From Nitrospirota bacterium (GTDB lineage Bacteria > Nitrospirota > UBA9217): a stretch of 64,000 nucleotides of DNA. The notes under the pieces were generated by a model. That model had not been told where the DNA came from. It searched no databases and saw only the letters and a list, made by a program, of their open reading frames with translations. A program made the position numbers and the translations under genes. The stretch lies in assembly GCA_963737155.1 (NCBI GenBank), contig CAVTRN010000001.1, positions 384,001 to 448,000 of the forward strand. The letters are read 5' to 3'. Of the stretch, positions 59,872 through 64,000 are shown piece after piece (positions within the stretch are counted from its first letter, which is position 1; each line of letters opens with the position of its first letter).

Positions 59872-59941
59872 CTAATTTCACACATATTTAAGTAGAGGCT
59901 CAATGCCCCTGCCCTATCTTAACAATAGAAAGGATATAACA

Positions 59942-60145
59942 ATGATTAAAATTAAGCGGAAACGTGTCGGCGAGTCCGACAAGTATGATTCAGGTTCAAA
60001 ACCATTCTCTGTGCATTTTTCAGACGGCACCATTATGAGCTTGGTTGAAGAGAAAGATTTAGCAAGCTTCACCAAAGAACAAGAGAGCAAAGGTTGTACT
60101 GTCATTAATTTATTCGACCTCGTGAATAAACAAAGGTGGCATTAA
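59942..60145 (+). CDS. Small hypothetical protein
   Basis: GAAAGGA RBS then MIKIKRK; followed by a 12-bp perfect hairpin at 60162-60190. Confidence 0.55.
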   Translation: MIKIKRKRVGESDKYDSGSKPFSVHFSDGTIMSLVEEKDLASFTKEQESKGCTVINLFDLVNKQRWH

Positions 60146-60272
60146 GAAAGAGGGTGATAAAGAGAGCCGGTCACAGGCTGACCGGCTCTCAGAAAACAAT
60201 GACAATCCCGTCAATCGCGTAATCGGTGAAAGCTGAGGAACAAATCTATTAACCATTGTTTATCTAAATGAG

Positions 60273-60713
60273 GTGATATCTATGTACGAGAACGAGATTC
60301 ATTTAAGCAAGCGTGAGTTAAGGAAACGTTTCGAGAAAGAAATCCAAGAGAACGGGCAACAGTATCTCGAAACCATTCTTACGCAAGTTGAGGAAATCAT
60401 TGACGAGATTCAACACGTTCTCATCAGTGACATTACTCTCGAAAATTACCATGACGATTTTCTTATGCATGCCGCTTTCAAACTTGAGTGCTATATCGAG
60501 AACCTCGAATCGTCAGAATCCGAACAGGATATCGATATAGTTTCTGACCTTGAAAACATAGTTGCTTATCTCAAGAAACTCGCTGACGCATATGTTGATA
60601 TGTATAACGCTGTTGACGACCTTGAGAACGATAACATTGCGGGATTGATTCAAACTCTCAAGAAAAGTGGCAATGCTTATCTCGAAAGAAAGGAGGTAAA
60701 TTCTTATGAATAA
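60273..60713 (+). CDS. Very acidic hypothetical protein
   Basis: D/E-rich helical sequence; GAGGTG RBS. Confidence 0.65.
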   Translation: MISMYENEIHLSKRELRKRFEKEIQENGQQYLETILTQVEEIIDEIQHVLISDITLENYHDDFLMHAAFKLECYIENLESSESEQDIDIVSDLENIVAYLKKLADAYVDMYNAVDDLENDNIAGLIQTLKKSGNAYLERKEVNSYE

Positions 60714-60857
60714 GAGAATCGCTGTAAAAAAGGCTGGGCTACAGATAGTGACGATATGTTGAAAGCGGAATTAATAGCTTTAGCAAAGTCAGGCGCACCG
60801 CGACCCAAAGATAATTCACGCTTGGGCAAAGCACTATTGAGATTTACAACAAAATAA
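60706..60857 (+). CDS. Small repeat-domain protein requiring a -1 frameshift at A_AAA_AAG (60726-60732)
   Basis: AAGGAGGT RBS; MNKRIAVKK, then in the -1 frame GWATDSDDMLKAELIALAKSGAPRPKDNSRLGKALLRFTTK, paralogous to the next gene. Confidence 0.55.
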
Positions 60858-60863
60858 TCTTAC

Positions 60864-60897
60864 TCCCCCGCCATTAGGCGGGGGGATTCTTTAATTC
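60864..60897 (+). repeat. 34-bp hairpin-containing repeat, copy 1
   Basis: TCCCCCGCCATTAGGCGGGGGGATTCTTTAATTC, identical to 61388-61421. Confidence 0.9.
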
Positions 60898-60919
60898 TTA
60901 TAAAAAGGAGAATACGGTA

Positions 60920-61381
60920 ATGAAAAAGCATCCGACTCGGAAGGAATTGGTAAAACTCTTAGGCGACAGTTTCGATGCAAGCACCTTCAGGTGTGAGGAA
61001 TTTGTGTTAAATACGAAAGGCAATTGGGAGTATCAGTTTAATGAAAAAGCCCTGATGAGGGAGTTGAAGGCTTTGCATGATTCGGGAGCACCGAAACCTA
61101 AGCCAAATACCCGTTTGGGTAATGCATTAGCAACACTTATGGGAAGCGGGAAGAGAAAGCACATGACAAAGCAGGAATTATCAAGACTCATTTTGTACGG
61201 CTTTGACGCAAGTACATTTAGGCGTGAGGATTTTGTTTTAGATACAAAGGGTAACTGGGAATATAAGCCTGATGAAAAAGCTCAAAAACGAGAGCTGCTT
61301 GCCTTGGCAAAGTCAGGCGCACCGAGACCCAAGCCGAATACTCGATTGGGCATTGCATTCGCAAGATTTACCACAAAATAG
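60920..61381 (+). CDS. Protein made of two ~75-aa tandem repeats
   Basis: FDASTFRxExFVLxTKGNWEY...ELxAL...SGAPxPKPNTRLG occurs twice. Confidence 0.8.
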   Translation: MKKHPTRKELVKLLGDSFDASTFRCEEFVLNTKGNWEYQFNEKALMRELKALHDSGAPKPKPNTRLGNALATLMGSGKRKHMTKQELSRLILYGFDASTFRREDFVLDTKGNWEYKPDEKAQKRELLALAKSGAPRPKPNTRLGIAFARFTTK

Positions 61382-61387
61382 TTTTAA

Positions 61388-61421
61388 TCCCCCGCCATTA
61401 GGCGGGGGGATTCTTTAATTC
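61388..61421 (+). repeat. 34-bp hairpin-containing repeat, copy 2
   Basis: Identical to 60864-60897. Confidence 0.9.
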
Positions 61422-61441
61422 CTAAAGGAAAGGATAATACA

Positions 61442-61825
61442 ATGACAGTGAAAACAGTCGTGGCTCAGGAAAACCAGATAGTAGAAAGGAAGGAAATCAT
61501 GAAACGGGTAAAAAGTTTGATGGAACTGACAGGACAAGAATCAGGTGTCGTCATTTATAACGGCGAAGAGCGGAACACCTTAATCTGCAACTGGTCTCAT
61601 GTGGAGGGGCTGCCTAAAGTATTTGGGCCTTGGGAGTGGATAATGGGTATGGGGGAGGATATCCCCGCAGTAAAAGGGGAATACATATCAGCCGAGGATG
61701 TGGCTGATATGCTCGACAACATTAACCTAATCTATGACGCCAACAATGATATACAGAATGTTCGTGCGGGAATACTGTACCGCTTGCCCCACGCCATAGT
61801 GATTGCCCCTGAAGGTTGGAACTGA
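61442..61825 (+). CDS. Hypothetical protein
   Basis: AAAGGA RBS; ends IVIAPEGWN. Confidence 0.65.
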   Translation: MTVKTVVAQENQIVERKEIMKRVKSLMELTGQESGVVIYNGEERNTLICNWSHVEGLPKVFGPWEWIMGMGEDIPAVKGEYISAEDVADMLDNINLIYDANNDIQNVRAGILYRLPHAIVIAPEGWN

Positions 61826-61976
61826 ATTCGTGCTGTCAATGATTCTTTAAGCTATATCTACACCCCGTTACAATGACGGGCAATCTATCAAAAGAAAGGA
61901 AAAACGATTATGAATCTGCTGCGCAGTGACGCTATAGGCCTAGGCTTGTCACAAATTTACTCAGAACATATCAACG

Positions 61977-63110
61977 GTGAGCGATATGGTCCGAGTAAAA
62001 ACAAACAAAATATACAACGGTGATTCTGTGCAGGTTCTAAAAAAAATCCCAGATGAATCAATCGACCTCATTGCCACAGACCCTCCCTATGCGATTTCCT
62101 TCATGGGTCATGCATGGGACAAGGCACTACCTTCTGTTGATATTTTAAAAGAATGCCGGAGGGTAATGAAACCTGGTGCCTTCATGTTCGTTTTTTCAAG
62201 CGCACGCGCAGATTGTCTTTCCAGAATGACGGCACGCATTGAGGAAGCAGGTTTTGTTGTTTCATTTACCCCTTTGTTTTGGGCATATTTGAACGGATTC
62301 CCGAAAGCTCAAAATATCGCAGCAGTGGTAGATAAGCGCAATGGTATTACGCAAGATAAGGATGCTGACCGAACTGAAAAAACATATGTCACACCGGAAG
62401 CTAAAAGACTCGCTGGTAGTTATGCCGGGTATCAGCCAAAACCAGCATTAGAAGTAATCATTGTTGCAATGAAACCTCTTTCCGAGAAAACGTATGTAGA
62501 ACAAGCTCTAAAAAATGGGAAGGGCATTTCCTGGCTCGATGATTGCCGTATTCCCCTATCTCAGCATGAAGGTGAGGATAGGTTTCCTTCAAATATAATC
62601 GTATCTGATGGGGCTTTGGGGAATTATTCACAATATTATACTCTCAACAATTGGTATCAGGCTAAATTGAAAGAGCTTCCGCTTGATGTGCAGGAAACAT
62701 TTCCTTTTTTGTTTGTTAAAAAGCCAGGGAAAAAAGAGAAAAACAAAGGGTTCACAGAATATACCGCAGGAAGCACTTACAATAAAAAATGTCGCCTTTG
62801 CGGAAAGTGGTCATTGAAACAGAAGCACTCCGATATATATACCTGCAGATGTGAAAAGCCTGAATGGGAAGAACCCAAGGGAAACACACATCCTACAGTT
62901 AAACCTATTGACCTCTTCTGTTATCTGATTACGTTGGGTAGCCGAGAAAACGATATTGTCTTGGACCCTTTTTGTGGCAGCGGGAGTTCCTGCATTGCGG
63001 CAAAAATTTTAAACCGCACATATATCGGCATTGAATTAAACAAAAAATATTGCGAAATTGCAGAAACAAGAATTAATGCGTATGCAGCGGCGGAGAATCA
63101 GTCAAAGTAG
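61977..63110 (+). CDS. Orphan phage-type N4/N6 DNA methyltransferase
   Basis: IATDPPY, GFPK, HPTVKP and VLDPFCGSGSS; inserted CRLC...CRC. Confidence 0.92.
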   Translation: MSDMVRVKTNKIYNGDSVQVLKKIPDESIDLIATDPPYAISFMGHAWDKALPSVDILKECRRVMKPGAFMFVFSSARADCLSRMTARIEEAGFVVSFTPLFWAYLNGFPKAQNIAAVVDKRNGITQDKDADRTEKTYVTPEAKRLAGSYAGYQPKPALEVIIVAMKPLSEKTYVEQALKNGKGISWLDDCRIPLSQHEGEDRFPSNIIVSDGALGNYSQYYTLNNWYQAKLKELPLDVQETFPFLFVKKPGKKEKNKGFTEYTAGSTYNKKCRLCGKWSLKQKHSDIYTCRCEKPEWEEPKGNTHPTVKPIDLFCYLITLGSRENDIVLDPFCGSGSSCIAAKILNRTYIGIELNKKYCEIAETRINAYAAAENQSK

Positions 63111-63270
63111 CATCATGATTGGGTAGCAGTCAATATCTGTTGACAGGGCGTGAGCTGCAATGCCACGCCAAGTCAAAGTTCAAAATACAATTTGCCTATC
63201 TCAAGATGGGCAGTAGAATGGGGGCTGAGTCATATGCAATCTCAAGACAACAAGCTGAAATATTGCGGAT

Positions 63271-64000
63271 GTGAATAAAAAGAATTTAAGTGAACCACTA
63301 TCTCCAATATCTACACAGAACGAGTTAGCTGCAAAAGGGCATCGGCAAACCGAATCTGCCACAAATCCCGTTCATCCCACCAACCATAAAATAACCCTTG
63401 TTTCCGGGCAAAAGGTCCTTTATACTCCCGGTCCCCAAGGGCTATGTATGAACGGAAAAGTCAAAACACGTGAAAAGTGTGCGCAGTGCGGTGGTAAGTT
63501 TCAAACCATCGAAGGTGTGGATATTCTATGTCCAAGCTGTAACACCCGTCCAAAAACTTTTTTTATATTCCTATATTGGCAAGGTGCAAAAGCTCGTATA
63601 TCCCGTGACCGTGATGGCCACATGCTTGATAGTTACAAAAGGGCGCAAAGGCTCCTTGAACGTATCCGCTATGAGATAGACGCAAAAACCTTCCATGTTC
63701 AAGATTATCTGCCAAAGGAAATCGACCAAAATCGTGGAAACGTTCTTTTCCCCAAGTGGTTAAACATCCTAAAGAGCAAAGGCAATGCTTTGTCCTACAC
63801 ACGAAAGATTGAACAGTACATCAATGACCATTTCATCCCCCATTTCGGGAAAATGATTGTTACTGATATCATAACAAGCCACATTGAGGATTTCAGACTG
63901 TATCTGAGTATGGAATATAGAATTCAGCGGACAGGGGGAAGCTTGCTCCGGCTACCATTAAGAAAGTAATGGATGCCCTCAAGGAATATTTCCATTGGCT
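63271..64000 (+). CDS. Integrase-like protein (N-terminal Zn ribbon plus core-binding domain), frameshifted at G5 63934-63938, truncated by window edge
   Basis: CAQC...CPSC, SYTRKIEQYINDHFIPHFG...DIITSHIEDF; the -1 frame continues GKLAPATIKKVMDALKEYFHW. Probable start 63448. The catalytic domain is not in the window. Confidence 0.8.

Larger units (their letters stand above)
16623..64000. mobile_element. tRNA-Leu-integrated genomic/defence island, more than 47 kb, right end outside window
   Basis: tRNA 3' fragment at left, integrase-like gene at right, AT-rich composition, defence and hypothetical cargo. Confidence 0.85.

Noticed and set aside
1-64000. CRISPR array
   Set aside because: No regularly spaced repeat-spacer series; the repeats found are pairs or irregularly spaced.
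16623-64000. Prophage or complete ICE
   Set aside because: No terminase, capsid, tail, relaxase, coupling protein or VirB4 recognisable in the window.

Overview
The window has two parts. Bases 1 to about 16,620 are GC-rich host chromosome carrying a DUF4388 protein, yajQ, lolA, recQ, a cdh-like gene, ftsK, an MDR oxidoreductase, glgP, an unannotated UGA-containing DsbA/FrnE selenoprotein, rnj and an SH3-NlpC/P60-DUF1460 hydrolase. The gene style suggests a Nitrospirota- or Desulfobacterota-like bacterium (impression only). At 16,623 an isolated 3' end of a tRNA-Leu marks the att boundary of an AT-rich genomic island of more than 47 kb, which runs to a Zn-ribbon integrase-like gene at the right edge. 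I see no capsid, relaxase, T4SS or Rep gene in the island. It is packed with defence-like cargo: a B12 radical SAM plus divergent UDG pair, a Panacea plus MazF-like TA pair, PRTase-DprA-HAD, an OLD nuclease, a BamHI-like R-M system with a C protein and visible C-boxes, a GHKL-nuclease fusion and several PD-(D/E)XK proteins. It also carries an ardC anti-defence operon and an IS256. Four features stand out. (1) Repeated promoter plus 5' gene stubs sit in front of unrelated cargo genes, notably two SRAP MCGRF stubs whose stop codons overlap the next start region. (2) A roughly 0.6 kb highly structured non-coding region has strand-specific G-T pairs and lies beside AAGTTAAG repeats. (3) A sigma54 promoter faces away from a GAFTGA-less AAA+ activator homolog. 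(4) A small repeat-domain gene contains an in-frame A_AAA_AAG slippery site. All assignments come from reading motifs by eye; no database searches were run.
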